This document shows, piece after piece, positions 23,729 to 36,110 of a DNA stretch of 64,000 nucleotides. Position 1 is the first letter of the stretch. Each line of letters starts with the position of its first letter. This stretch comes from Azolla caroliniana (taxonomy: Eukaryota > Plantae > Polypodiophyta), in the NCBI GenBank assembly GCA_043228905.1, contig JBHGNT010000004.1, positions 14,880,001-14,944,000 of the forward strand. Direction: 5' to 3'. Made by a program: the position numbers and the translations under genes. Under the pieces are notes generated by a model, which was not told where the DNA came from, made no database searches, and saw nothing but the letters and a program-made list of their open reading frames with translations.

Positions 23729-26700
23729 GCATTACTCTGCTGTAATTGCCACTGTGCGAAGAAACAGAGCTCGAGGTTGTTGCCTCCGAGTCTCTGATTG
23801 TCCCCTTCTCTTCATAGTGACAGTTTGGAGTTTGTGGGCTCCCGTGGTTTTTCCCTATTAGGGTTTTCCACGTAAACATCCTGTGTCATTTTCTTGTGTA
23901 CTCCCCACTTCCCATTTTTCTGTGTTTGATTCTTATTGAAGTGATTTACTACTCGATTGTGGCTGAACGACATTCCTTGCATTTCTCTTCAAACTAGTAT
24001 CAGAGCGAACAACACAAAAGATGGAAGAATCTTACGATGGCATGTTCAAGCTCTCCGGCTCCAACTACTCAGTATGGAAGTTGAAGATGAGGGACATGTT
24101 GGTGGTTATAGATCTTTGGTTGCCGGTTCAGTTCAGGGACAAGAGAGCGGATAAGATCGACGCCAACGTGTGGGAGGTGATGCACATGAAGACGACGGCA
24201 TACATCCGGTGCTTCATCAACATGATCCTGTACAACAACTTCAATGAAGAGAGAAAGGCCCATGAACTCTAGGAGAAGATCGTCATCATGTTCCAGAACA
24301 AGAATGTTGTTAATCGGGTTTTGGTATTTCGGAAGCTAGTGAGACGCCGGTACCAAGACAGCTCCAGTATGGCAGAGCACATGAATGCCTTCCAAGGGCT
24401 GATACACCAAGAAACCTCGTTGGAGGTACCTCTCACCGATGAGTTAATTGCTCTACTCCTACTCGGTTCCCTCCCAGATAGCTAGGGGACGTTGTCACAT
24501 TGGGCAACGCAGGGCTGGAAGGAAAACAACTATCCCTAGCAAGAGCCAAGTCGAGCTTGCTAGATGAGGAGGCGTGTCGGAAATACAAGGAGGTGATCTC
24601 CGATGCCAAACCCCTCCTTACCGAATCGGAACGCAGAAGACATAGGAATCGGAGTCCCCAGAACCGGGAAAAGTCAAGGACACGGTCAAAGTCAAGGGGG
24701 AGGCTCACTTGCTTCTATTGCGGCAAGCCAGGGCACTTCGAGAAGAACTGTCGGCATTTCCGGAAAGACAAGGGAACCGACAGTACCGATTCGAAGAAGT
24801 CACCGGACCGAAACGGTTCGGATCGGCGATGCCCGGACCGAAAGGGAACGACGACAATCGCGGCAAGTGAAGAAGAACTAATGCTCATCACCGAGGAGAG
24901 TGAGTTGAACCTTGCCGTTGACGAGACAACGTGGGTTGTCGATTCCATAGCGCCGTTCCATCTTACCCCGGACCAAAAATGCTTCTCATCCTACACAGCC
25001 GGTGAGCACGGTTGTGTCCTGATGGGGAATGAAGGGACATGCTAAATTATCGGCATAGGAAATGTGTTGTTGATGACATCAACCGGATGCAAGTTTCTCT
25101 TGAAGGATATCCGACACATTCCAAAGGTTCGACTGAACCTGATATCAGTCGGTCGGCTAGATGATGAAGGCTACACAAGTAGCATCTAGAACGGTGCCAT
25201 GAAGTTCTGCAAACGGAGCTTAATAGTGGCTCGAGCCCGGAAGGTCAACACATTGTACTTGATGAATGCCCAGATATGCCTTGAAGAAGTGAACGTATCA
25301 TCCGACACTGCCAGTGAGCTGTGGCACAAAAGACTGTGTCACATGAGTGAGAAGGGGATGAAAAGGCTTGCGGAAGACAACCTCATTCCGGTGAAAGACG
25401 TGCAACTTGAGAAGTGCACCGACTACCTGGCCGGTAAGCAAAACCGCACCTCCTTCCGGTCAAGACCACCGATGAGACAGAATGCACCACTGGAGCTGGT
25501 GCATACCAATGTGTGTCAAGTAGACACGAAGTCACATACTGGATCACAGTACTTTGTGACATTCATAGATGACCACAGCCGGAAGTTGTGGGTCTCACCA
25601 TTGAAGGCGAAGGATCAACTGTTATCCGTCTTCAACGAGCTCCACGCGATAGTGGAAAGAGAAACCGTCTGGAAGCTGAAAGAGGTTAGAGTAGATAACG
25701 GAGGAGAATATCAAGGGCAGTTCGAGGAGTACTGTCGGTCAAAGGGAATCTGGCTTGAATTCACCGTGCCGAAGACGCCGGAACTAAACGGGTTGGCAGA
25801 AAGGATGAACTAGAACATAATGGAGAGAGTTTGGAGCATGCTCACACATGCCAAGCTACCAAAGATGTTTTGGGCTGACGCGTTGACGACGGCAACCTAT
25901 GTGATAAACAGATCACCCTTAGTACCCTTGAACGGAGACTCACCACAGAAAGTATGGACCGGTAAGGATGTGTCTTACCGGCATTTGAAGGTGTTCGGGT
26001 GTCTCGCATACGTGCATGTGACGAAGGACAAGAGAGCAAAGTTGGATCCGAAGTCACGACCATGCATATTCCTTGGATACGGCGATGATGAGTTCGGTTA
26101 CCGGGTGTGGGATCTGGTCGACAAAAAGGTGTTCCGGAGTCGGGACATAGTCTTCATGGAAGACAGGACCATTGCCAACTGGGAGTCGGAGAAGAAGGTA
26201 ATGAACTCCGGATCATCCATTGAAAACCGGCTTGAGGACAAAAGCATATACCCGATTTAAAACCGGATGTTAACCGGTAACCGGATGACACTCGACAAAC
26301 CGGTTGGATACGGACAGGAAACCAAACCGACCAAAGAAGAAGAAGACGAAGAAGACACCGGAACCAGACAAGATCCTGAATCAGATGAGGATGAGGAACA
26401 AATGGAGGAACCGTCAGTCAGAAACCAAAGACAAAGATATCCTCTCCGGGAAAGAAGAACGCCCCAAAGATTTCCAGATGCTGAGTATGTGTTTCTAACC
26501 GATGAGGGGGAGTCGGAAAGCTTTGAAGAAGCAAGGGGAGACACCCACAGCCGCAAGTGGTTGAGTGCAATGTAGGATGAGATGGATTCCCTGCATGAGA
26601 ACCACACATACGAATTGGTGGACTTGCCGAAAGGAAAGAGGGCACTCCGGAACAAGTGCGTGTACAAGCTGAAACTGGGAGACGTCAGAAATCCATTGAG

Positions 26701-28531
26701 GTATAAGGTCTGAATCGTGGTGAACGGCTTCCAGCAGAAGAAAGGAGTGGACTTCGATGAGATCTTTGCCCCGGTAGTAAAGATGACATCCATCTGGACG
26801 GTATTGGGCATAGCAACAACCATGGACCTCGAGGTAGAGCAACTGGACGTCAAGACGGCATTCCTACATGGAGACCTCGATGAGGAGATCTACATGCATC
26901 AATCGGAAGGATTTGAGAAGAAAGGGAAAGAGCACCTAGTGTGCCGGTTGAAGAAGAGCTTATACGGACTGAAGCAAGCTCCCCGACAATGGTACCAGAA
27001 GTTTGACTCCTTCATGACCGATCAAGGGTACCACAAGATGGAGGCCGATCACTGTGTGTTTGTGAAGAAATTTGATGGAGGAGATTTCCTGCTATTGCTC
27101 CTGTACATGGACAATATGTTGATTATCGGACGAGACCAAGTCAAGATACGGATGCTGAAGAAGGCTCTGAACCGGACCTTCTCAATGAAAGACTTGGGTC
27201 CGGCAAGACAGATATCGGGGATGCACATCATCCAGGACCGGTCGAAGAAGCAATTGTGGCTATCATACGAAAAAGTATGTGACAAAGATGCTTCAACGGT
27301 TTAACATGTTAGAAGCAAAACCGGTCGGATCGACACTCCCGACAAACTGCAGACTATCCGGTAAGCAAAGCCCGAAGACAAAGGAAGAGAAGGAAGATAT
27401 GATGAAGATTCCATATGCCTCTGCAGTCGGGAGCTTGACATACGCAATGGTGTGTACTCGACCGGATATTGGATATGCAGTCGGAGTGGTGACTCGGTTC
27501 ATGACCAACCCCGGAAAAGAGCACTGGAATGCGGTAAAATGGATACTCCGGTACATGAAGGGCACTTCGAGTATGTGCCTCTGCTTCGGCTCCGGTAAAC
27601 CCCTCATGGAAGGCTTTACCGATTTGGATATGTCGGTCGATGTGGACACCAGTCGGTCAACTTCTAGATATGTCATGACCTATGCAAGGGGAGCCGTTTC
27701 GTGGCAGTCGAGGCTACAGAAGACGGTTGCGTTGTCAACCACGGAGGCGGAGTACATGGCAGTCGTGGAAGCTGGCAAGGAAATATTATGGATGAAGAAC
27801 TTCAGCGGAGAGCTAGGGATCCGGCAAGAGGAATATTGGCTCTACTGCGATAGTCAAAGTGCCATCCACCTTGCAAAAAATGCGGCATACCATTCTAGAA
27901 CGAAGCACATCCAGCGTAGGTACCACTGGATCTAGGAGTGAGTTGAAGATCGAGAGTTCGTGCTGACGAAGATCCACACGGAGGAGAACGGGTCGGATAT
28001 GCTAACCAAGGTGTTGACACCCGACAAGCTGGATGCATGCCGGAAACGGATCAGAGTTACAAGACATCCCATACCAGAGTGAAGGGGGAGATTGTTGGAA
28101 AATCGATCTCTCCGGATGGGATCTGGTGAAGAATAAAGAGAACCCGATGAGAACCGGAAGAGAAGACAGATTTGTAAATATGTCTTCAATAAGCCCATTG
28201 AGGCTATATTTGTAAATAGCCCTAAGTTCATATAACTATAAATATGACTTAGGGCAATCACTTTAGTGTGTGAGTATGATTCTGTTGTTGTCATATTGTT
28301 GTAACTATTGTACAGAGAGTGAGAGAGGGAGAGAGAGAGAGAGATACAAAGCGTTACTCTGTTGTAACCTCCACTGTGCGAAGAAACAGAACTCAAGGTC
28401 GTTGCCTCCGAGTCTCTGATTGTACCCCTTCTCTTCATAGTGATAGTTCGGAGTCTATGGGCTCCCGTGGTTTTTTCCTATTAGGGTTTTCCACGTAAAC
28501 ATCCTATGTCATTTTCCACGTGTTTGATTCT

Positions 28532-29246
28532 TGTTGAGAGACAAGCTCAACATTTGTGCGTAATACGATGCGTAACCAGTGCATAGACTGGATGCGTAAA
28601 ATCGGTACGCATAACATCGTCGTAGCGGTGCGTAAACCGCGAGGCCGTTTGAAAGATATTCCTCGTAAGGAATAGTTTTGGGAGTGAGTGTCGAGGCTCA
28701 TTTATGAGCAATAAAGTACTGTCAGTACTTGTGTCAGCCTGATTGTCAGGACTTGTATAAAAGGTGCTCACTGAGCACAATGTATGTACAGATTGAGTAT
28801 TATTTTAGAATTAAGTTCTTGTGTTTACTCTCTCTCTGTGTCTGTCTCGTGCGTACTATGCAAACCTAAGCTTTCCATTAAACCTGTGTTTTCTGTTCAG
28901 TTTCCTATATTGCTTTCGCACGCCATTCTTTTCATGGTATCAGAGCGCGAGGGTTGAGAACCTCTAGAGCCGACTTTGCTTGAAGGAAAAACCAATGAAG
29001 AAGAACAAGAAAACCAATGGACAGAGGAATGGCTAGCTCGCTTTCGACGGAGAAGCTCGACAGAACCAACTATGCATCTTGGTCCTACAAGATGCACCAG
29101 TACCTGCTTGGACACAGTTACTGGAGCTATGTCGATGGAGAAAATGACCCAGCACCCGATTCGACACACAAAGACTTCCCGGCGTGGGAACAATTGGCGA
29201 ACAAAGTGTTGTATTGTTTCGCGTCTTCTGTGGGCGAACAATTGTT
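28532..29246 (+). mobile_element. 5' end of a copia family B element: LTR 28532-28934, PBS 28935-28946, start of gag
   Basis: TGTTGAGAGACAAGC...TTTCA then TGGTATCAGAGC. gag MASSLSTEKLDRTNYASWSYKM is cut by a gypsy LTR at 29247. Confidence 0.92.
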
Positions 29247-32200
29247 TGTTACCCGTAGGAGTTGTACGGGGAGGTATAAGGGTAAAACACGTTAAAAGGG
29301 TTGTTCGGTATGTGTAATGTATATGAGTGTGAGGATGAGTATGTGTGAGCACATGCACAATTATGTGCATGTGACAAGAATGTAACGGTCTCATTTTGTA
29401 ACGGACATATTATTTACCGTTACATTATGTATTATATAAACCCCTTATGGGGCATGTAATGAGAGATAGTTTTTTCCCCTCTCATTTGGTGTCATTCCCT
29501 ATTTGTCTTTCTCTCTTGCTCTTTCTCTAACGTAACCCCCTTGGGAGGGGAGTGAAGCCATTCTAGGCTTCACTCCCCACCCCAACACTTTTGGCACGCC
29601 TGGTGGGACAGTGCCTTTGCACGTCGGACCCATCACGTTAATCTTCTTTCAAAATGGCCCGGATGTTTGGCTCTATTTTGGTGTCCTCGTCCAAAGGTGA
29701 TGTAGGGCCCGTAGGTACATCGTAGTGCGGCTCCTCTGCTTGGTCGGCCTGGTTTATCCCAGAGTCGCCTTCGCCGTGTGCGAGTGGTCCGGGTACAGTG
29801 GGCTCTTCTTGAGTTAGTGGGCTGGGCTCTGCCGTTGGCGTGCTTGAAGTCGGCTACAGCTCAGCCTCTATTGTTACGTCCTCCGCGGTGTTGGCCGTTT
29901 TTGTGCCTAGTCGTGGGGCGGGGATTCCGCCTGGTCCGCACTATTTCCCACGTTTTCTGAAGATGGTGTGGGTTGGTGCAGCTAGACCTCTTGTTGGCTA
30001 ATGGTTTCACTGTTTGATCCTATGGGGAACTCCGCTCGTTCATCCCCACTATTCTCCCCCATTGTCATCCCTGGTGATCGGGCCTGAGGTTCCTCTTCTT
30101 CGGCTGTGACCGGAATTGGTGTCCCGTTGGGTTCCTTGTTTGTGTGCATGTTGCCGGATTGTGTGATCTGGTGAAATAGCTCCTCCTAACTTTCACCAAA
30201 ATCATCTAGGAGTTGTGCGAGTTCTTCGGAGTGTTGGTCTGCTAGCGCACGATAGTCTTGCACTAGGTCCTCCCGTACGGTCGCAATGCTCTCCTCGTTT
30301 AGCTTATAAAACCCTCGGCCGTCTTTCCGTCGGTTCTCCTAGTCCGCACGATATGCGTGCAATTCCGCTGCTTGGGTTGCCCACGCCATCCATCCTTTGT
30401 CCAACGCCATTTTCAATTGCGCTGTGAACCTTTCCCGGTTGGTTTGGAGAAGGATGCGCACATTATCCGTGATGGCCTGGCAGCGGTTGCGTGCGTCTTC
30501 CATCGACTTCTCGAGATTCGCGATTTCCTGTTGTTTAACGGTTGCCGCTTCCTCATACGTGGCCTTCAGGCCCGCCCATAGCTGGGATTCCTATGCATGT
30601 TGATCTTCTAATTTCCCCATTTCATTGTTTAGGAGGATTTCGAGTTGATGCCTTCTGTCTTGTTCGACCACCAACTGCTCATCGAACCATACCTTCTTTT
30701 TTTCTAATAAGGCCCGAAGTCCCGCTATTGCCGCCTCTGATTTCTTCGCGTCCTCTCGTAATTGGGCGTTGTCATCTTTTGTCCGGATGTGATGGGCTAC
30801 CTCCGTAGCTAGTTTCTCTTCAAGAGTTTTTACGGCCTTTCGTCCGTTAGCCCGTATCTCCTTTTCTCTGTACAGGGATTGGCGTAGTTCTGCTCGAAGT
30901 TGGTCAATTTCGGATTCCGCTAGCTACAGGGCCCTTTTTGCTTTTGAGGCGATGGCGGTCTAAGCCTCGATGTCTTCTTTGAGAGCGTTGATAACGTGGT
31001 TCGGTGGCGGGGTTTCGTGTTGCACCGTAGTCGCGTGAGCTTCCAACTCCGCGATGCATGCGTTGGCCTTTTGTAGTTCGGCTTCGGTCAGTTTAACCTT
31101 CTTCCAGACATTCTTATTTTTTATGGCCATCTCCTTGGCGCCCGTGCTAACCTTTGCCAGTTCCCGATGGACTTCGACTAGGGCCGTGTTTAACGGTGGT
31201 ATCTCCATCCCTACTCACCGTACCCCGGCGTTCCTCTGTCTACCGACCCTGGGTAGCCGGTCCTCATCGTCGCTCTCTGTTGTTTGTGTTAGGGCGCGCT
31301 CTATCATCTGACGTTCCGCATGCTCCTTGGCCATTCGTTGGGCGGCTTTGACCTGTTGTGTTGCCAGGAACTCCATGAGCTCGAAAGAGGTACCGAACTG
31401 CAAGAGGGTGCTGAATTCGTGGGCCGTATCCGGAATATCCGGATATGCCAAAACCTCGCTTTCCGCCGTCAATACGGCTTTCCCACGTTGGGACTGAGTC
31501 ATAATAATCGGCTGCGGCTCCCAGATGATTTCGAAGGTGGTATTCGGCTCTGCTGTTGCGGAGCCTTCGCCTTCGGTCGGTGCCTCCAGAGCCGTGGGGG
31601 CGTTTTTTACCAACCCCCGCCCATCTTTCCTGTCCAATCTGCACCGTTTTGGTCTAGGGCTTTCCTGTCGTGCTTCGGTGTCTAGTTCTAGGGCTGCTTC
31701 CATGGGGCGTCTCGGCTGTTCCTCCTGCGTCGCCCGTGAGCCCGGTTGGTCAGTAGGAGGTGTTGGTTGTCCTTGGGCCTGGTTGGGCCGGTTGGGGTTC
31801 CTTCTCCCACTTTGGGGCCGCTAACTCCGCTAACCTGCGTTTCGCGGAGCGGGGCTGGGTCATGGGTTGGCTGGGCTACGGTGTTGGCAGGCCTCGGGGT
31901 GGAAACAGTACCATAAGGTATTGTCTCGGATACGTAAGTGTAGTAGTACGTAAGTGTAACCTGTGATAAGGATTCGGTTGTAGCCGTCTTCCCTTATACA
32001 CGGAGGAATTACAGAGGTTCCCTCCTTACAAAGTACGCTTAAACCCTGTTCGTTGTTCCACACCCACCTTGCGGTCTAGATCGAAGGACTGACCACGGAC
32101 CGTGTTCCTAAGAGGCAACACTTTGGGCACGCCCGGTGATCTGTGTTTCCTCACAGACGAACAACAATGAATGGATGTTTTAGCCGCAGATGACACAGAG

Positions 32201-35200
32201 AACCAACAAGACAAGACCGGCCAATAACAAGGTCCGTCACACACCAGGCAGAAGAACGCGCCCGGCAAAAGCCGCGCATCGGCGACCTCAGTAATATCTG
32301 CCAGGAGTGCAAAGGGGATTCTTTGCTCCCCAAATACCTCGACAAGACGAGGGGACCGCGCTCACCGCAACCACCCGGTGACCTTTTCCGATCCGTTGTA
32401 GCTCCCACGATGGCCTTTGCCTACCCCCGCTTTAACGGCGAAACCGACGCCGCAACTCATATTCGCATGTTCTTGAACGTTTGGAATGCAAACCACATGG
32501 CGCAGAATCTCTCCGAGACAGTGGCACACCAGTCGAAAATGACGGAGTTCGGATTAACACTAGATGGGCATGCGGCATTCTGGCATTCACATATGGACTT
32601 ACCAGCCATAACAACCTTCGATCAACTGCAGTCCGCCATCTTGCGATTCTTCCACCGGAGGGTTCCACATCGCGAGATTCTCGGGCAGTTTTATACAATT
32701 AAGCAACTACCGACCGAGACAATAGCAGACTTCAGCTTACGTTTCTAAAATCTACGACGGAAACTGGATCAAAGCCCCGCGGAGGAGGCTCGGAAGACAT
32801 TTCTGGCAGCGTTACGCCGGCCCATCCGGGCAACGCTCAACAACAATAGCGTGAAAGGGGAAACGGCGGATATGTTGATTGAACGAGCGTTATAGCTCGA
32901 GTTGGATGATGAGGAGGAGAGGTTTTCGATGTCATCCTTACGACAAGCGTTACCTCAGGATGAAGAACGCCAATTTCGTCAAGCAATCTAGTGCACGATT
33001 TGCTTGAACTCGGGGCATTCCGCAGTGGAGTGCAATATGCGAATCCACTGCCCAATCTGCCACTCGAAGGTTCACATAGTCGACCAATGCGAGTACAATA
33101 TGTTAAACAGAGCCACTCCCGCGGTCCGCAGCATGGACACACAGCGTCAACTGCACTGGACGGAACAAAGGAGGCAAGAAGACCGACCCCGGTATAAGGA
33201 TCGCAACCCGCGGGAGGACCAGTACAACCGGAATCGCCGGAATCGCCGGAATCACAACGAGTCCGAGGAGGACGACCCGGAGGACGAGGATTATCGTGGA
33301 CATCCGAGTTACGCCAAAGGGGGTCAGCGATACGAACATCAACACCCGACAAACAAACGGGGCGGCTTCAATGACTATCGGGGTAAGCCTCGACAATATA
33401 GGGATCACCGGCGTTACGACGAAAGCTCGGGGGATGAGCGGCACCAGGAACAACGACGGGACCAACCGCAACCACCACGTACGTTCCGACAAACGACGCC
33501 GGACCGCGAAGAGCAAGTAGCGCCCGGAGAGCGGCACACTCCACCTGGGGCTGAGAAGGGAGAATCAAGCATCCATTGTTTTATTTGTCAGCAACCCAGA
33601 CACTATGCCACGCAATGCCCAGCACGCAGGGGAAAGGGGCCCGCCGTCAACACGATTACGGTAGAGGTGCAACAAGACACAACACGCCAGCAAACAAAAA
33701 CGGCGGATTGGGCTGCGCAGGACGAGGTACGATGACAAGCCCAAGCTTGGGTGGAAAAAGCAAACGCGACCAATACGGAACGTATGCAGCAGGAGTCCGC
33801 AAACACAATGGAGCGAACAGAGAACGAAAGACCAGGGCCGGACCCCATTTGGCAGGTGTTAGCAAGCTGTGAAATCACGTTAACTATGGAAAAACTGCTA
33901 CAACTAGTTCCACGTTAACTATGAAAGCACAGGTGGCGGGCATGACCGGGGCGAACATTGCCACAAACCTGACAGACGTCAGCAATGGACCACCGGTGGT
34001 GGATCAACACAACCCGGCTATTACAGTAATATTGCATGGACAGGCAGTTCCTAGATGCGTAATCGACGGCGGCTCAGGCGTCAATGTGATTAGCGCGAAA
34101 ACTTGCGAACAGTTAGGCATTTCCGAATGGGAGGCGTGCCCATTCTGGCTTCGGATGGTGGATACCCGATCAGTACGACCGTTGGGGCTAATTCGCAAAA
34201 TAGGCATCATCGTGGGCGGACACTGCTTCGACATATCGGCGGTCGTCCTCGCTTTGGATGCCCCAGGAGCGTACCCAGTGCTTCTGGGCAGACCATGGCT
34301 TCGGACAACAAATATCAAGCAAAGCTGGCAACACGAGTGTATCAGTTTCCGGCATGGACGCACCAAGGTTTGTGTACCTACGGAAGGCAACACGCCACAA
34401 CCTAAGGGTATAACACCGTTATACGCGGAAGACATAAATATGTTGGTTGGGGTGGAGGATGCCGAATTGGAAGCATACCTTGACGAACATCCTCGGATTA
34501 TTCCGTTGTTCGAAATAGATATCATCGCAACTGCGGCAGAATATCCTACGGCCACTGTTCCGCACGAAGAGCCGTACGAACCAAACCCAAAGTCCATATT
34601 GGAACTCAACAGAGCATGGGCGGGATTCGAAAGGGAAATGGAGATTTCACGACGAGTCACCGCTTCCGCTCTCGACGAAGTGAATGTGGGTACGGGATCG
34701 GAACCCCGGTTCCTCTCCATAGCAAAGGAATTCAGGCCGGACCAGAGAATCACAATGATCGCACTACTCACGGAATATAAAGATGTGTTTGCTTGGGCTC
34801 ACGAGGACATGAAGGGGTTAGATCCCAAGTTCTATCAGCATAAGATCAATTTAGCAACGGACGCGAAACCTATCCAACAGCGCCGCTACCGCATGAACCC
34901 CAATTACGCGACCCGCGTGAAAGAAGAAATTGACAAGCTGCTGAGGGCGGGGTTCATACGGCCAGTTAAACAAGCGACATGGCTAAGCCCGATAGTGGTT
35001 GTCCCAAAGAAAAACAACAAAATATGGGTATGCGTGGATTACCGAAAATTAAATGTCGTAACCATTACGAACGCATTTCCCTTACCCTTCACCGATAGCG
35101 TGTTGGACGTCGTCGCAGGCCATGAGATGTACAATTTCTTAGATGGCTTCAATGGCTATAACCAAGTACGCATGCACCCTGAGCACCAGGAGAAGACGGC

Positions 35201-36110
35201 GTTTGTCACGGACTAGGGAGTATATGTGGCGGTCGTCATGATGTTCGGGCTAAAGACAACGTAGACAACATTTCAACGAACGATTACGGAGATCTTTGGG
35301 GAATACATTCCGGCATTCATGCAAGTCTTTTTAGACGATTTTGCGGTATATGGGCAAGCAAAAGACCATTTTTCGCACTTACGTCTGTGCTTGAAACGTT
35401 GCCGCACCACACGCTTAAGCCTGAATCCCGCGAAATGTGCCTTCGGCGTGACCAGCTGGACTCTCCTAGGCCACATTGTCAGCAAAGAAGGAATAGCGGT
35501 CGACCCAAACCAGATCTCCGCTATTACGCAAGCTAAAACTCCGACAAATGCCAAATCACTTAGCCGATTTCTGGGCCAAATACGGTGGAATAGTCGGATG
35601 ATACGGTATTTGGCGGACTTCGCCACGCCACTACACGCTGTCGTACATCGGACTCCTTTCCAATGGACTGCAATAGAGGATAAGGCCTATGAGGCACTTA
35701 AGATAATGCTCACACAGGCCCCGGTCATACAACCTCCAGTTTGGGCGAAGCCATTCCACGTGTTCATCGACGCCTCGGACATAGCAATAGGAAGCGCGCT
35801 AATGCAACTCACCGAACCAAACTGGTACAGGCCAGTATACTACGCAAGTCGTAAATTGACAGCAGCAAAGCGTAACTATTCCACAACAGAGCGGGAGGCG
35901 CTAGGGATGATCTATAGCAGCAATAAATTCCGACATTATTTACTAGGACGGAAATTCACGTTCCACGTGGATCATTCGGCATTATTGTATTTGGTGGAGA
36001 AACAAGCCCTGACAGGGAAATTGGCACGGTGGATGCTGCTGCTCCAGGATTTCGAGTTCGTAATTCAGCACCGGCCAGGGACGCAACACGCAGTGGCGGA
36101 TTTTTTGAGC
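29247..36110 (+). mobile_element. 3'-truncated non-chromovirus-like Ty3/gypsy: 5' LTR 29247-29587, tRNA-Arg-type PBS 29592-29609, long 5' region with antisense ORF, gag, PR, RT, RNase H; integrase lost
   Basis: LTR TGTTA...AACA. PBS TGGCACGCCTGGTGGGAC. gag YPRFNGETDAATH with zinc knuckles, VIDGGSG protease, FLDD RT, FIDASDIAIG RNase H. Ends abruptly after HAVADFLS. Confidence 0.88.
29900..31870 (-). pseudogene. Antisense extra ORF (coiled-coil-like, unknown function) between the gypsy 5' LTR and gag
   Basis: ORF pieces 31215-31703 and 30960-31208, plus the 30130-30560 segment homologous to 994-1380. Boundaries approximate; stops and frameshifts present. Confidence 0.65.

Larger units (their letters stand above)
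21652..28531 (+). mobile_element. Degenerate copia family A element: 5' LTR 21652-~23991 (interrupted), PBS ~23995-24006, gag-pol 24021-28082, 3' LTR 28093-28531 (interrupted by a family B LTR)
   Basis: LTR sequence at 21652-21950 matches 28093-28353. PBS TAGTATCAGAGC (decayed iMet). Full copia domain series with many stops. PPT GAAGGGGGAG at 28081-28090. Confidence 0.93.
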
